Shown piece by piece: positions 29,335 through 40,670 of a stretch of 64,000 nucleotides of DNA. The notes beneath the pieces were generated by a model, which did not search any database, was not told the origin of the DNA, and worked only from the letters and a program-made list of their open reading frames with translations. Origin of the DNA: Anaerolineae bacterium. Its GTDB lineage: Bacteria > Chloroflexota > Anaerolineae > UBA1429. The position numbers were made by a program, and so were the translations under genes. The DNA is taken from the NCBI GenBank assembly GCA_963675785.1, contig OY776562.1, positions 2,368,001 through 2,432,000 on the forward strand. Reading direction: 5' to 3'. Position 1 is the first letter of the stretch. Every line of letters begins with the position of its first letter.

Positions 29335-29715
29335 CTAGTCAACCAGCTCCACCACGACCATCTCGGCACCATCACCCTTGCGGGGGCCCAAATTATATAT
29401 TCGCGTGTAACCACCATTACGTTCTGCGAATCTGGGGCCGATCTCATCCAAAAGTTTGCGTGCTACTGCAGGATCGCTCAACCTTGCCACAGCAAGCCGA
29501 CGCTCATGCACATCCGAAGCATCATCTGCACGCTTAGCCGCACCATTTTTGGCAATCGTGATCAAACGCTCAGCATAAGGCCTAAAAGCCTGGGCCTTGG
29601 CTTTGGTCGTTGTGATCCTCTCATGCCGGAACAGCTCTGTTGCAAGTCCTCTAAATAGCGCCAGGCGCTGCGACGTATTACGACCCAGCTTCCGTCCGCT
29701 TACACGATGTCTCAT
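29335..29715 (-). CDS. rplQ: 50S ribosomal protein L17
   Basis: MRHRVSGRKLGR, RNGGYTRI. Confidence 0.98.
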   Translation of the reverse strand: MRHRVSGRKLGRNTSQRLALFRGLATELFRHERITTTKAKAQAFRPYAERLITIAKNGAAKRADDASDVHERRLAVARLSDPAVARKLLDEIGPRFAERNGGYTRIYNLGPRKGDGAEMVVVELVD

Positions 29716-29764
29716 CGAAAGCTACCTCACTCATCATCTACCAGGGACAGGTGCCCCGCTGGCA

Positions 29765-30712
29765 TTACAGATCCAGTTCATAGTCCGAGGCGAGATAGCC
29801 TCGTTCCTTGAGCGTATCCACGAGCTCGACCAACGACTTTTGGCCAAAGTTTCTGATGGCAAGCATCTCTGAAGCACCTTTTTCAAGGCGATCAAGGATC
29901 TCTCCAACCGTCATGATCCCCGCCCGCTTTAGGCAGTTAAAGGCGCGCATTGGCAGCTCTAGCTCTTCAATAGCTATATCTGCAAATTCGCTCTCTTCTT
30001 CCAGGGGAATCTCGGCTTCTTCCTCAGAAACGCCCTTTTCAAACACAGCAATCGGTTCAAAGTGGGCCAGCAAAAGCTTGGCTGCCCTTCGCAAAGCCTC
30101 GGTCGGCTGCATAGTGCCATCAGTCCAAACCTCAAGCTTGAGAAGGTCATAGTCGGTGCGCTGCTCAATTCGCGTCGCAGTCACATCGGTATGCACTTTG
30201 ACGATCGGGCTAAAGATGGCATCGATGGGGATTTGCCCAATAGGGAGAGTGCCTCGCTCCTCTGCAGGAGAATAGCCGACCCCTTGGTCAACTGTCATCT
30301 CAAAGTCCAATTCCGAATCCAAAGTGTCCAATGTCAGCAGCTGCAACTCTGGGTTGATGATCTCGATATCAGCCGGAACCTCAATATCACCGGCCGTGAT
30401 CACGCTCTTACCCTGAGCACTCACCCGCATATGCACTGTATCCTCACTGTGCGAGATCAAACGAACCCGCTTGAGGTTGAGAATAAAGCGCATTACATCT
30501 TCTTTAGCGCCTGGGATTGGTGAAAACTCGTGCGGGACACCAGCTACTCGCACAGACGTAATTGCTGCACCGGGCAGCGACGAGAGCAGCACACGACGCA
30601 ACGTCGTGCCAACAGTCATACCGTAACCCCGCTCCATCGGACCGATCGCAAAACGCCCGTAACTGAGCGTGGTAGCCTCACATACAATCCTCGGCAATAC
30701 TTGCCTCAGCAA
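29765..30712 (-). CDS. rpoA: RNA polymerase alpha subunit
   Basis: PMERGYG.T.G..LRRVLLSS.PG, RAFNCLKRAGI, RNFGQKS. Confidence 0.97.
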   Translation of the reverse strand: MLRQVLPRIVCEATTLSYGRFAIGPMERGYGMTVGTTLRRVLLSSLPGAAITSVRVAGVPHEFSPIPGAKEDVMRFILNLKRVRLISHSEDTVHMRVSAQGKSVITAGDIEVPADIEIINPELQLLTLDTLDSELDFEMTVDQGVGYSPAEERGTLPIGQIPIDAIFSPIVKVHTDVTATRIEQRTDYDLLKLEVWTDGTMQPTEALRRAAKLLLAHFEPIAVFEKGVSEEEAEIPLEEESEFADIAIEELELPMRAFNCLKRAGIMTVGEILDRLEKGASEMLAIRNFGQKSLVELVDTLKERGYLASDYELDL

Positions 30713-30787
30713 GGGGCTTCCTCCTTTGTTTTAGATGGCGACACCGGATGCCACAGCAACTCGGCCAACGCCACCAAACGGTCCGCC

Positions 30788-31423
30788 TTATCGCGAATAG
30801 TATTCGACAATAAGTTGTTCCTGGACGGGGATATCAATTTGTTCACGTGTCGGAAGCGCGAGAACCTCACCCTTGAGTTCGGCAGCGTCAAGACGCAGCC
30901 ACACAGGGGTTGTTCTGTGCTCCAGAACCTCGCCCAAGCTCTTGAAATAAATGTTATTCTTGGAACCCTCGCGCACTTCGATCACATCGCCTTCGCTGAC
31001 GAGCGCCGACGGAATGTCCAAACGGCGACCGTTTACACGAAAATGACCGTGATTGACGAGCTGACGAGCCTGAGCGCGGGAATCACCGAAACCCATGCGA
31101 TACACGACGTTATCCAGGCGGCTCTCGAGAATAATCAAGAGATTAGCGCCGGTTGGGCCGGACTGGCCCAGAGCCATATCAAAATAGCGCCGGAACTGAC
31201 GCTCCAAGACGCCATAGTATCGACGGGCACGCTGCTTCTCGCGAAGCTGTGTACCATAGTCGGATTCCTTGGAACGAAAACGCCCTCTCTTGGGATCAAA
31301 CCCAGGGGGTGTGGGGCGCTTTTCCATAGCGCACTTGGGCGACATGCAACGCTCACCCTTCAGGAAGAGCTTCATCCCTTCCCTGCGGCAGAGCTTGCAA
31401 ACTGAACCTGTGTACCTAGCCAT
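30788..31423 (-). CDS. rpsD: 30S ribosomal protein S4 (zinc-type CxxC)
   Basis: [34 protein letters not shown]. Confidence 0.98.
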   Translation of the reverse strand: MARYTGSVCKLCRREGMKLFLKGERCMSPKCAMEKRPTPPGFDPKRGRFRSKESDYGTQLREKQRARRYYGVLERQFRRYFDMALGQSGPTGANLLIILESRLDNVVYRMGFGDSRAQARQLVNHGHFRVNGRRLDIPSALVSEGDVIEVREGSKNNIYFKSLGEVLEHRTTPVWLRLDAAELKGEVLALPTREQIDIPVQEQLIVEYYSR

Positions 31424-31576
31424 CTTACCTCCAAGACCAATGATTCATGCGAAACGGCAGAATCACGGTAGCGGGTTTACGCTCATTCATGACAGTCGGA
31501 ATGCCCAGTGTCATCCCCGCGCTACCGCAAGTGGGTGGGCTAAAAACACCCTCTTGCTACTACCGGCTCATGCAAA

Positions 31577-31972
31577 CTAGATTCGACGCTTCTTTGGCGG
31601 ACGACATCCGTTATGCGGAATAGGTGTTGTATCAGTAATAGAGCGCACTCTAAGGCCAACGGCCTGAATGGTGCGCATTGCAGCTTCACGGCCCGGCCCC
31701 GGACCTTTGACATAGATGTCGACTTCACGCATTCCATTATCCATCGCCGTGCGTGCTGCAGCCTCGCAGGCTACCTGTGCGGCATACGGCGTGCTCTTGC
31801 GCGAACCACGGAATCCCTGTCCCGCAGAACGCCAGCACACAACGTTACCCTGTGGATCAGTAAACGTCACAATGGTGTTATTAAATGTCGCCTGAATATA
31901 AGCACGCCCATAAGGCACGTTCTTGCGTTCTCGGCGAGACGTGCGCCCCGCGACATGTCCTCGACGCCCCAT
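31577..31972 (-). CDS. rpsK: 30S ribosomal protein S11
   Basis: [24 protein letters not shown]. Confidence 0.98.
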   Translation of the reverse strand: MGRRGHVAGRTSRRERKNVPYGRAYIQATFNNTIVTFTDPQGNVVCWRSAGQGFRGSRKSTPYAAQVACEAAARTAMDNGMREVDIYVKGPGPGREAAMRTIQAVGLRVRSITDTTPIPHNGCRPPKKRRI

Positions 31973-32024
31973 ACTATCCTCCGTGTAATGACTACGCGCT
32001 AGATGCAGCGCTCAAGCTCAAGCG

Positions 32025-32402
32025 CTACTTGCTGGCGCGCTTTCTGCCAGCGACAGTACGCCTCATGCCGCGATTTGTGCGAGCATTCGTCTTGGTGCGC
32101 TGCCCATGACAGGGCAACCCACGACGATGCCGCAATCCGCGATAGGAGCCAATCTCCTGGAGGCGCTTGATATTCATCGACGTCTCGCGGCGGAGATCAC
32201 CCTCGACGAGGTACTCGTTATCGATGAGCTCACGCAAACGAGCGCTCTCGGCCTCAGTTAGATCCCGACAACGTGTATCTGCATTAACCCCAGTGCGATC
32301 CAAAATCTCGCGACTGCGAGTAAGCCCGATACCAAAGATGTACGTCAGGCCGATCTCCACGCGCTTGTCGTTGGGGAGATCAATTCCCGCAATACGTGCC
32401 AT
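32025..32402 (-). CDS. rpsM: 30S ribosomal protein S13
   Basis: [25 protein letters not shown]. Confidence 0.98.
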   Translation of the reverse strand: MARIAGIDLPNDKRVEIGLTYIFGIGLTRSREILDRTGVNADTRCRDLTEAESARLRELIDNEYLVEGDLRRETSMNIKRLQEIGSYRGLRHRRGLPCHGQRTKTNARTNRGMRRTVAGRKRASK

Positions 32403-32434
32403 TCCCTATCCTCCTGCTTGCCCGACCGTAATCG

Positions 32435-32548
32435 CTATCCTTGGCGCTGCTTGTGTCGCGGGTTTTCACATATCACGCGAACAACGCCCTTGCGACGAAT
32501 GATCTTGCACTTCTCACATCTTTTTTTGACCGATGGACGAACCTTCAT
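32435..32548 (-). CDS. rpmJ: 50S ribosomal protein L36 (below ORF-track size cutoff)
   Basis: Manual translation [37 protein letters not shown]; GGAGG SD. Confidence 0.97.
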   Translation of the reverse strand: MKVRPSVKKRCEKCKIIRRKGVVRVICENPRHKQRQG

Positions 32549-32574
32549 CGAAATATCCTCCAAAACAGATGACG

Positions 32575-33360
32575 CTAAACTGTCGGTGAAAGGGTAAGCT
32601 TCTCTGCACCATCTCGAGTGATCAAGATGGTGTGTTCGTAATGAGCAGAAAGACTATTATCTGCTGTTACCACAGTCCAACCGTCTTCTAACGTCCGCGT
32701 TTCAAACCCACCCAGGGTAAGCATAGGCTCGATACACAGCGTCATGCCCGTATCCAGTATAGGACCACGCCCAGGCGCACCCCAATTCCAGATAAGCGGT
32801 GGCTCATGCATCTCACGGCCGATCCCGTGTCCACCGTACTCACGCACAACCTCTAGCTTGGCAGCACGAGCAGTAATCTCGACAACATGGGAGATATCGG
32901 TCAGATGAACCCCTGCTCTTGCGGCTGCAATGCCAGCCTCCAGCGCGCGTTCTGTACCAGCCATCAGACGTTTTGCTTTCTCAGAAACACAACCCACCGC
33001 CACTGTTGTGGCGGCATCTCCTTGAAAGCCGTTCTTGATGGCCCCTACATCCACACTGAGGATATCACCCTCTATTAGTGTGTAAGCGCCAGGAATGCCG
33101 TGTACGATCTCTTGGTTTACAGACGCACAAATGCTGGCCGGAAACCCATGGTAACCCTTGAACGATGGAATAGCGCCCATGTCACGGATCACTGTTTCTG
33201 CCAGGGTGTCCAGCTCAGCAGTAGTTACACCGGGACGAATCGCCTGCCGCAGTGCCTCAAGCACAGCTCCAACGACGCGACCAGCATCTCGCATACATTC
33301 TACTTCTAAAGAGCTTTTTCGCCTAATTTGGCGACGGTCTCTGTTAAACCGCACAGGCAA
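32575..33360 (-). CDS. map: Methionine aminopeptidase type I
   Basis: CASVN...HGIP, GHGIG..MHE.P, SAHYEHT. Confidence 0.96.
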   Translation of the reverse strand: MPVRFNRDRRQIRRKSSLEVECMRDAGRVVGAVLEALRQAIRPGVTTAELDTLAETVIRDMGAIPSFKGYHGFPASICASVNQEIVHGIPGAYTLIEGDILSVDVGAIKNGFQGDAATTVAVGCVSEKAKRLMAGTERALEAGIAAARAGVHLTDISHVVEITARAAKLEVVREYGGHGIGREMHEPPLIWNWGAPGRGPILDTGMTLCIEPMLTLGGFETRTLEDGWTVVTADNSLSAHYEHTILITRDGAEKLTLSPTV

Positions 33361-33363
33361 CCT

Positions 33364-34032
33364 TCATTTATCGCAGCAAGCGTTCTGGGCATTGAGTAAA
33401 AGCGCTCGCAGATCGGCTTGAATAGCTTCAATATCGCGATTCCCATTGATTGTTCGCAGAGCTCCCGTAGCTCTATAGTACTCAATCAACGGTGCCGTAG
33501 CCTCTTCGTAAACCTTAATTCGACGATTCTGAACCGCTGGCTCATCATCACTCCGTCTTTCCAAAGGGCGGGTGCAATTGTCACATACACCCTCTACCGC
33601 TTCGGGGTTAAAAACGTGATGATAAGTAGCGCCACAGTTAGAACAAAACCAACGGCCAGAAAGTCTATCAAGCAAGACATCTTGGTTCACACGGATATAA
33701 GCGGCAAAGCCCAAACTTCTACCCATGTCCTTTAGCATTTCGGCAAATGCTTCAGCTTGAGCCACTGTACGAGGGAAACCATCCAGAATGACACCCTCAG
33801 CACAATCAGATTCGCTCAAACGTTCGCGAACCAATGCAATGGTCGTCTCGTCCGGTACAAGTGCTCCTCGATCAATGAACGAGACAGCGTACTTGCCAAG
33901 CTCAGTCTCTTGCTCTATCGCGTTCCGAAAGAGGACCCCCGTCGACACTGTAGGGATATCAGCCCATTCAGACAGTAAAGCAGCCTGTGTACCTTTTCCA
34001 GCACCCGGAGCTCCCAGCAGAAGGATATCCAC
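33364..34032 (-). CDS. adk: Adenylate kinase (zinc LID)
   Basis: GAPGAGKGTQ, LDGFPRT, CSNC...CDNC. Confidence 0.97.
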   Translation of the reverse strand: MDILLLGAPGAGKGTQAALLSEWADIPTVSTGVLFRNAIEQETELGKYAVSFIDRGALVPDETTIALVRERLSESDCAEGVILDGFPRTVAQAEAFAEMLKDMGRSLGFAAYIRVNQDVLLDRLSGRWFCSNCGATYHHVFNPEAVEGVCDNCTRPLERRSDDEPAVQNRRIKVYEEATAPLIEYYRATGALRTINGNRDIEAIQADLRALLLNAQNACCDK

Positions 34033-34036
34033 GACG

Positions 34037-35335
34037 TTACCTTAATTTTTTGATAAAGCCCTCATAGTGCCGCATCATTAGCTGCGCTTCGAGTTGCTTC
34101 ATCGTATCTAACACAACGCCTACGACAATCAACAAACCGGTGCTTGTAATAAGCATTTGATCGGTTTGCACCAACGGCTTGACCAGGAACGGCAGAACGG
34201 CAATGAGCCCCAAGAAAAGTGCGCCAACTGCAGTGATACGGCGCATGACACCCTGTAGATAATCAGCCGTTCGTTTGCCCGGACGAATACCCGGCACAAA
34301 ACCACCCTGGCGCTGAAGCGTCTCGGGCAAATTTTGTTGCTGGAACATGACATCCGAGTAAAAGTAGGTAAAGCCGACCGCCAGCAAAAAGTACATGATC
34401 CAATACCAAACGCTGGATGAGCTGAACACGTTAGAAACCCAAGTCGCAAAGCTCGCGATCCACTGCACATCTGCATTGACAAAGTAGCTAGCCAATACGC
34501 CCGGGAACATCATGATAGAAACCGCAAAAATAAGCGGGATCATACCAGCCGAGTTCACCTTGAGGGGGATGTGCGTGCTCTGGCCGCCATATACCTTGTT
34601 CCCGCGTACGCGCTTGGCATACTGCACGGGAATGCGGCGTTCGCCCTCATGCACATACACAATACCCACAATGGTGATAGCCGTAACCACCACAAATACC
34701 GCGATGGACCATGGATTGACGACCCACAATTCACCAACGTTGGAAGGGATGCCCGAGACAATGTTGCCAAAGATGATAATGGACAAGCCGTTGCCAATAC
34801 CAATCTCATCAATAAGCTGACCCAGCCAGATCGCTCCCATGGTTCCGCCAACTAGTGTCAACAAAGTAGCCGTCGTCGGTAGCCAGGTGCCTGCTGCAAA
34901 GCCAAAGTTCTCAATGACCGCACCAGAAGACGACGTGGATAACATCGCCGCCTGAGCCCATCCCTGCAACAAGCAGAGGGGAATGGTCAAAAAGTAGGTG
35001 TACATGTTCATCTTGCGTCGGCCAGCCTCGCCCTCTTCACCAAGCCTTTCAAGCGCTGGGATTACGGGCTGCAGCAGCTGCAGAACGATCTGGGCTGTGA
35101 TATAAGGATAGACGCCCAATGCCATTACAGAGAAACTTTGCATGGCCCCACCGGAGAACATGTCCAGCATGCCAAGAAGCTGGTTCTGCTCGATAACAGA
35201 TTGCAGAGCGGCAGCATTGACATTAGGCACAGGAATGTGCGCAGCCAAACGATAAATTGCCAAAATCAGCAAAGTAAAGAGTAGCTTTTTGCGCAACTCG
35301 GGTAGCTTGAACGCGTTCGTTAGTGCCTGGAGCAT
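34037..35335 (-). CDS. secY: Preprotein translocase SecY
   Basis: ALGVYPYITA, GIGNG.S, PGIRPG. Confidence 0.98.
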   Translation of the reverse strand: MLQALTNAFKLPELRKKLLFTLLILAIYRLAAHIPVPNVNAAALQSVIEQNQLLGMLDMFSGGAMQSFSVMALGVYPYITAQIVLQLLQPVIPALERLGEEGEAGRRKMNMYTYFLTIPLCLLQGWAQAAMLSTSSSGAVIENFGFAAGTWLPTTATLLTLVGGTMGAIWLGQLIDEIGIGNGLSIIIFGNIVSGIPSNVGELWVVNPWSIAVFVVVTAITIVGIVYVHEGERRIPVQYAKRVRGNKVYGGQSTHIPLKVNSAGMIPLIFAVSIMMFPGVLASYFVNADVQWIASFATWVSNVFSSSSVWYWIMYFLLAVGFTYFYSDVMFQQQNLPETLQRQGGFVPGIRPGKRTADYLQGVMRRITAVGALFLGLIAVLPFLVKPLVQTDQMLITSTGLLIVVGVVLDTMKQLEAQLMMRHYEGFIKKLR

Positions 35336-35378
35336 CTATTCCTCCAATACCGCAATCAGCCAACGCGGCCGCATCAAT

Positions 35379-35822
35379 TTAGAGAATTTCGACCGTTCCG
35401 CCCACAGCTTCGATCTTGGTGCGAGCCGAAGCCGAGACTTTGTCAACCTTGAGCGTCAAAGGACGATCCAAGTCTCCATCACCCAAGATCTTGACGGGGT
35501 AATGGTCGTTTTTGACAAGCCCGACGGCGATAAGCTCTAGAACGCTGACCACGGCGCCCGCTTCAAAACAATCCAGATCTCCAACGTTCACTGGAGAATA
35601 GGGAACTCGATTAAAGTTGGTAAACCCAGGACGGAAAGCAAGCCTCCGAACCAACGGCAGCTGGCCGCCTTCAAAGTATAACTTGCCGCCGCGCCCAGAA
35701 CGAGAACCAGCGCCTTTTGTACCATAACCACAGGTTTTGCCCTGCCCTGACGAGATGCCACGCCCAACGCGCTTGCGCGAGTGAGTGGCTCCCTCAGGAG
35801 AAGCAAGTTCGTGTAACTTCAT
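35379..35822 (-). CDS. rplO: 50S ribosomal protein L15
   Basis: RVGRG..SG.GKT, FEGGQ.PL. Confidence 0.97.
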   Translation of the reverse strand: MKLHELASPEGATHSRKRVGRGISSGQGKTCGYGTKGAGSRSGRGGKLYFEGGQLPLVRRLAFRPGFTNFNRVPYSPVNVGDLDCFEAGAVVSVLELIAVGLVKNDHYPVKILGDGDLDRPLTLKVDKVSASARTKIEAVGGTVEIL

Positions 35823-36007
35823 TATGCTACCTCTTCAACCTCAAGGAGATGCTGCACCTTGTTAACCATGCCGCGTATCACAGGATTATCTTCATGTTCG
35901 GACACATCACCCAGGCGCCTAAGCCCCAAGGCATGTACCGTGTCTTTTTGATCCTGTTTGCGCCCAATGGCGCTCCTCACATACTTGATTCGAAGCTTGC
36001 TAGACAT
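35822..36007 (-). CDS. rpmD: 50S ribosomal protein L30
   Basis: [15 protein letters not shown]...LGLRR...RGMVNKV; true start is ATG 36007. Confidence 0.95.
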   Translation of the reverse strand: MSSKLRIKYVRSAIGRKQDQKDTVHALGLRRLGDVSEHEDNPVIRGMVNKVQHLLEVEEVA

Positions 36008-36554
36008 CGGCAGACACTTTCCAGGGCGCAAGCAGATCAGACACGGGCAGGCCGCGTCGTTCAGCTTCAACCTCAACATCCTTAAGCTGCTTTAGCCCTT
36101 CAAACGTCGCAAAGACCACGTTGAACACATTATCGCTGCCCAAAGATTTGGCCAGCACATCTTTGCAGCCCAAAGCCTCAAGCACGGCACGCACGCCGCC
36201 ACCCGCGATAACGCCGGTACCAGGCGAAGCCGGCTTCATCAACACCTGAGCCGCACCGAACTTGACCAAAACTTCGTGGGGAATTGTGCGTTCGGAAACC
36301 ATGGGCACAGTAATCATGCTACGACGAGCATGCTCTCCCGCCTTGCGAATTGCCTGCGGCACTTCGCGGGCCTTACCCACACCCACACCAACGCGACCTT
36401 TGCCATCACCAACGACCATCAAAGCACGGAAGCCAAAACGGCGTCCACCTTTGACAACCTTGGAAACACGACTGATGTGAACGACGCGCTCAGTAAGCCC
36501 GTCATCCTCACGTCCACGAGAGCGGTCACGCCCTCGATCGTCATTTCTCGCCAT
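36000..36554 (-). CDS. rpsE: 30S ribosomal protein S5
   Basis: [21 protein letters not shown]. Confidence 0.98.
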   Translation of the reverse strand: MARNDDRGRDRSRGREDDGLTERVVHISRVSKVVKGGRRFGFRALMVVGDGKGRVGVGVGKAREVPQAIRKAGEHARRSMITVPMVSERTIPHEVLVKFGAAQVLMKPASPGTGVIAGGGVRAVLEALGCKDVLAKSLGSDNVFNVVFATFEGLKQLKDVEVEAERRGLPVSDLLAPWKVSADV

Positions 36555-36606
36555 TCACTCTCTCCTAGTCTTAAGCCGTTAGAGCCCAAGCTCTTACTAA
36601 GCAGCC

Positions 36607-36975
36607 CTAGAAATCCAGGCCAGCTTCTCTAGCGGCCTCAGCAAGGGCTTGTACTCGCCCATGATACTGGAATCCACCGCGGTCAAAGACAACGGTCTTG
36701 ATTCCTTTGCCAAGAGCACGCTCTGCGGCCACTCGCCCAACCACCTTGGCGGCATCTGTCTTGGTCATACCTTCGACTTCAGACGCGATGTCCTTATCCA
36801 CGGTGGAAGCCGAAACCAGTGTATGCCGAAGTGTATCATCTATCACTTGCACATAAATGTGCTCCAAGCTGCGATAGACGTTAAAGCGGGGGCACTCGGC
36901 CGTGCCATTGATCTTGTTGCGCACACGACGATGACGCCGAATGCGACTTTCACGTCTTTCCATTGCGGTGTTCAC
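36607..36975 (-). CDS. rplR: 50S ribosomal protein L18
   Basis: RRHRRVR, VFDRGG..YHGRV. Confidence 0.97.
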   Translation of the reverse strand: MNTAMERRESRIRRHRRVRNKINGTAECPRFNVYRSLEHIYVQVIDDTLRHTLVSASTVDKDIASEVEGMTKTDAAKVVGRVAAERALGKGIKTVVFDRGGFQYHGRVQALAEAAREAGLDF

Positions 36976-37514
36976 TTGGCACCCGCCTTTCCGGCCTTAC
37001 GACGGATAACCTCACCCTCGTAAGCAATACCCTTGCCCTTGTAGGGTTCTGGCTTGCGCACTGCGCGGATCCGTGCGGCCATCTCACCAACAGCAGCCTT
37101 GTCATTGCCTTGAATCACAATGGCTTGGCCACCGTTCTCAACACCAAAAGTGATGCCCTCGGGTGCGGTTACTGGCACAGGATGAGAAAATCCCATCTGC
37201 AACACAAGATCTTTGCCTTGTGCTTCTGCACGATAACCCACACCACTGATGACAAGCTTTTTCGCGAACCCTACAGTTACACCGGTCACCATATTGGCGA
37301 TCAATGCTCTTGAAAGGCCGTGAAGAGCCTTGTTGAACTTGGTGTCATCAGGGCGTTCAACTACGATTTGGCCACCCTCGATCTTGACGATCATGTTCGG
37401 GTGGATATCCTGTTCCAGGGTACCCCTAGGGCCACTGATAATCATCTTGCTGCCATCCAGCTTGGCACTTACTCCGGCGGGCAGCTCGACGGGCATGCGT
37501 CCAATTCGAGACAC
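36972..37514 (-). CDS. rplF: 50S ribosomal protein L6
   Basis: [13 protein letters not shown]. Confidence 0.98.
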   Translation of the reverse strand: MSRIGRMPVELPAGVSAKLDGSKMIISGPRGTLEQDIHPNMIVKIEGGQIVVERPDDTKFNKALHGLSRALIANMVTGVTVGFAKKLVISGVGYRAEAQGKDLVLQMGFSHPVPVTAPEGITFGVENGGQAIVIQGNDKAAVGEMAARIRAVRKPEPYKGKGIAYEGEVIRRKAGKAGAK

Positions 37515-37542
37515 TAGAAACCTCCCAATATCCAGCTGCGAA

Positions 37543-37947
37543 CTACCAGACCTTGCAGATCACTTCGCCGCCAACACCGAGCTGGCGTGCCTTGCGGCCC
37601 GTCATAATGCCCTGTGATGTCGATAGGATCACGGAGCCCATGCCTGACTGAACCATAGGGACATCAGCCTTGCCGGCGTAAACACGACAACCCGGCTTGC
37701 TCACGCGCTCCAAACCTCTCAAAACGGGAATACGCTCACGACCACCCGCATACTTGAGATAGATGCGCATCGTCGGCCATTTCGCACCAGCCACGTCTTC
37801 CACTCTCGCGACATATCCTTCACTAAGAAGAACGTCCGCCACAGCGGCCTTCATCTGTGACTTGGGGACAATTACCGTATCATGCTTTGCCATCACTGCA
37901 TTACGCAGCCTGGTGAGCATGTCAGAAATCGGGTCTGTTACCGTCAT
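37543..37947 (-). CDS. rpsH: 30S ribosomal protein S8
   Basis: [26 protein letters not shown]. Confidence 0.97.
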   Translation of the reverse strand: MTVTDPISDMLTRLRNAVMAKHDTVIVPKSQMKAAVADVLLSEGYVARVEDVAGAKWPTMRIYLKYAGGRERIPVLRGLERVSKPGCRVYAGKADVPMVQSGMGSVILSTSQGIMTGRKARQLGVGGEVICKVW

Positions 37948-38017
37948 CGTTCCAACTCTCCTGTTCCGCACTCAGCACTCGTCAGGCGGTAACACGCCTG
38001 CAGCACCGGCACGACTG

Positions 38018-38200
38018 CTACCAGCTCGACTTGACGACGCCAGGAATCTTGCCAGACATTGCCAGCTCGCGGAAGCAGATGCGGCACAGCCCAAACCGGC
38101 GCATATACGCTCTGGAACGTCCGCATCGACTACAGCGATTGCGAACTCTGGTCGGGTACTTGCGCCGAGTTTCTCGCGCGATCATCGACTTTTTTGCCAC
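38018..38200 (-). CDS. rpsZ: 30S ribosomal protein S14 type Z (zinc-binding)
   Basis: RCSRCGR...[14 protein letters not shown]; GTG start. Confidence 0.96.
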   Translation of the reverse strand: MAKKSMIARETRRKYPTRVRNRCSRCGRSRAYMRRFGLCRICFRELAMSGKIPGVVKSSW

Positions 38201-38255
38201 TGCACACTCCTCCACGCATCCCCCGGGCAGGGGGTTCGCTCGTCGTCCTTAAATC

Positions 38256-38798
38256 CTAGACACGCTGAAACGGCATGCCAAACAGCTCTAGCAATGCACG
38301 GCCTTCTTCATCGGTCTCTGCTGTAGTGACAACAGAAACTTCAAAGCCACGCACGCGATCGATCTTGTCATAGTCGATCTCGGTAAAGATAAGCTGCTCT
38401 CTCAAGCCGAGGGTATAATTGCCTCGGCCGTCAAACGCCGTCCTGGGCACGCCAGAAAAATCACGCTGGCGCGGCAAAGCCACGTTAATCAGACGGTCCA
38501 AAAAGGCATACATCCGGCGCCCGCGTAGGGTCACCTTGGCACCGATCGGGTTGCCTTCGCGCAATCTAAAGGTAGAAATAGACTTGCGCGCGCGCCGAAT
38601 GATCGGCTTTTGACCCGTGATGGTTGTCAGGTCACTAACAGCGGAGTCAAGTGCTTTGGCGTTTTGCAGCGCCTCACCGACACCCACATTCACCACGATC
38701 TTTTCGATACGCGGCACCTGCATCACGTTGTCATACTGGAATCGTTCCATCAAACCAGGAACGATTTCTTCTTTGTACTGTTCCAAAAGATTGGGCAT
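38256..38798 (-). CDS. rplE: 50S ribosomal protein L5
   Basis: [20 protein letters not shown]. Confidence 0.98.
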   Translation of the reverse strand: MPNLLEQYKEEIVPGLMERFQYDNVMQVPRIEKIVVNVGVGEALQNAKALDSAVSDLTTITGQKPIIRRARKSISTFRLREGNPIGAKVTLRGRRMYAFLDRLINVALPRQRDFSGVPRTAFDGRGNYTLGLREQLIFTEIDYDKIDRVRGFEVSVVTTAETDEEGRALLELFGMPFQRV

Positions 38799-38837
38799 TT
38801 TTCGGGTACTCCTGGTCTAAACTCTGCGGCAATAGCG

Positions 38838-39152
38838 CTAATCGAGCGCTTCGTTGCAGCGCCGGCAGATCCGAACCTTGGTCCCGTCTTCACCGATCTG
38901 ATAGCCCACTCTAGAGGGCTTGTCACAATGAGGACAGACGACCGATACGTTCGAAACTTGAATTGGCGCCTCGCGTTCGATGATGCCACCCTCGCTGCCG
39001 GGAGCACCGGTGCGCCGCTGGTGCTTTTTGATCATCCGCACTCCGGAAACAATAAGGCGATTCTCGCGCAGCATAACCTTGTTAACGGTGCCGCGCACGC
39101 CCTTGTCATTCCCGCTGATTACTTCAACTGTATCGCCCTTTTTGATCTTCAT
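38838..39152 (-). CDS. rplX: 50S ribosomal protein L24
   Basis: KKGDTV.VI.G.DKG, EAPI..SNV. Confidence 0.97.
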   Translation of the reverse strand: MKIKKGDTVEVISGNDKGVRGTVNKVMLRENRLIVSGVRMIKKHQRRTGAPGSEGGIIEREAPIQVSNVSVVCPHCDKPSRVGYQIGEDGTKVRICRRCNEALD

Positions 39153-39201
39153 ACCACTCACTCCTCGACGTGGCCGCCCTCCAGAGCGCCGCCCGATGCT
39201 G

Positions 39202-39570
39202 TTATAGCACCTCAGGCGACAGAGAGACGATTCTCATAAAGCCCCGCTCACGCAGTTCGCGCCCAACCGGGCCAAAAATGCGCGTACCGCGAGGGTTCTG
39301 CTCAGCGTCGAGAATGACTGCGGCATTGTCATCGAAGCGAATGTAAGAACCATCGGGCCTACGATAAGTCTTGGCCTGCCGCACGATTACGGCACGAACC
39401 ACATCCTTTTTCTTGACGGCACCACCCGGCGACGCACTCTTGACCGAAGCCACGATCACATCGCCCACACTCGCATACCGACGCCGCGAACCACCCAACA
39501 CCTTGATGCACATGATCTCGCGTGCGCCCGTGTTATCGGCGACCTTTAGCCTTGTATTTGCCTGAATCAT
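39202..39570 (-). CDS. rplN: 50S ribosomal protein L14
   Basis: [15 protein letters not shown]. Confidence 0.98.
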   Translation of the reverse strand: MIQANTRLKVADNTGAREIMCIKVLGGSRRRYASVGDVIVASVKSASPGGAVKKKDVVRAVIVRQAKTYRRPDGSYIRFDDNAAVILDAEQNPRGTRIFGPVGRELRERGFMRIVSLSPEVL

Positions 39571-39661
39571 TGCTCGTCACCCCAATGTTACTTGCGCGCC
39601 CAAGCGCCCTCGGCATTGCGCAGAACCACCCCAAGGGCAGGCCAGCCATGGGAATTGTGCG

Positions 39662-39898
39662 CTAGCGCACAACCTCCACGACTCTCCAGCGCTTCCTCTT
39701 ACTCAGTGGACGAGTCTCTTCAATCAGGACAATGTCGCCCTCTTGGCAGATCTCGTTCTCGTCATGTGCAAGATACTTTTTGCCTGTGCGTATCGTCTTT
39801 TTATACAAACGATGCTGGAAAGCGCGCTCAACACGCACTGCCACGGTTTTTTGCATCTTTGTACTCACGACGACGCCACTCATTTGCTTTTGCGCCAT
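39662..39898 (-). CDS. rpsQ: 30S ribosomal protein S17
   Basis: GVVVS.KMQKT, ETRPLSK.KRW. Confidence 0.97.
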   Translation of the reverse strand: MAQKQMSGVVVSTKMQKTVAVRVERAFQHRLYKKTIRTGKKYLAHDENEICQEGDIVLIEETRPLSKRKRWRVVEVVR

Positions 39899-39900
39899 AC

Positions 39901-40101
39901 CTACTGTACCTCCTCGACGACCTGCTCGCTGAGCACCGTCTTGGTACGAGCGATCTCACGTCGAACAGTCCGCAGTCGACCTACATTCTCAAGTTGCCTA
40001 GTAGCCGCCTGGAACCGAAGATTGAACAGCTCCTGGTATAGCTCCTCAAGGTGCTGCGCGAGCTCGCCGCGCGTCATCTCTCGCATATCACTGGCTTTCA
40101 T
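39901..40101 (-). CDS. rpmC: 50S ribosomal protein L29
   Basis: [15 protein letters not shown]. Confidence 0.96.
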   Translation of the reverse strand: MKASDMREMTRGELAQHLEELYQELFNLRFQAATRQLENVGRLRTVRREIARTKTVLSEQVVEEVQ

Positions 40102-40658
40102 GCCGTCTCCTCCTCGGCGGATGCAACCTCGACGGCCTCTTCTTCAGCCAGTGCTTCGGCCTCTTCTTCGGCCTCAGATGCAACCATCTCTGCAGCAGCA
40201 GCCAAGTTCTCCGCGACTTCTTGAGCGCGCTCAGCGCGCTCGGCCTTGGTCAATTCGCGCTCGACGATGATGGTAGGAACAGCGAGCTTTTGGGCTCCAA
40301 GTTCCAGTGCACGAATTGCTGTGGCTCTATCTACACCGCGGATCTCAAAGATGATCCGACCCGGCTTGACAACTGCCACATAGTGATCCAAGTCACCCTT
40401 ACCACTACCCATGCGGGTTTCTGCAGCCTTGGCAGTGACGGGCTTGTCAGGAAAGACACTCGTCCACAATTGTCCCGCTCGCTTCATCTGGCGCACAATC
40501 GCTCGACGTGCAGCTTCCAATTGACGGCTGGTAACCCAGGCAGGCTCGATGGCCTTCAATCCATAGTCACCGTAGTTAAGTTCACAACCACGATAGGCCT
40601 TACCACGCATGCGACCACGATGCTGCTTGCGGTGCTTTAGCCTCTTTGGCATCAACAT
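40098..40658 (-). CDS. rplP: 50S ribosomal protein L16 with acidic C-terminal extension
   Basis: [21 protein letters not shown]; ~50 extra A/E-rich residues. Confidence 0.96.
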   Translation of the reverse strand: MLMPKRLKHRKQHRGRMRGKAYRGCELNYGDYGLKAIEPAWVTSRQLEAARRAIVRQMKRAGQLWTSVFPDKPVTAKAAETRMGSGKGDLDHYVAVVKPGRIIFEIRGVDRATAIRALELGAQKLAVPTIIVERELTKAERAERAQEVAENLAAAAEMVASEAEEEAEALAEEEAVEVASAEEETA

Positions 40659-40670
40659 GATACTGACTCC

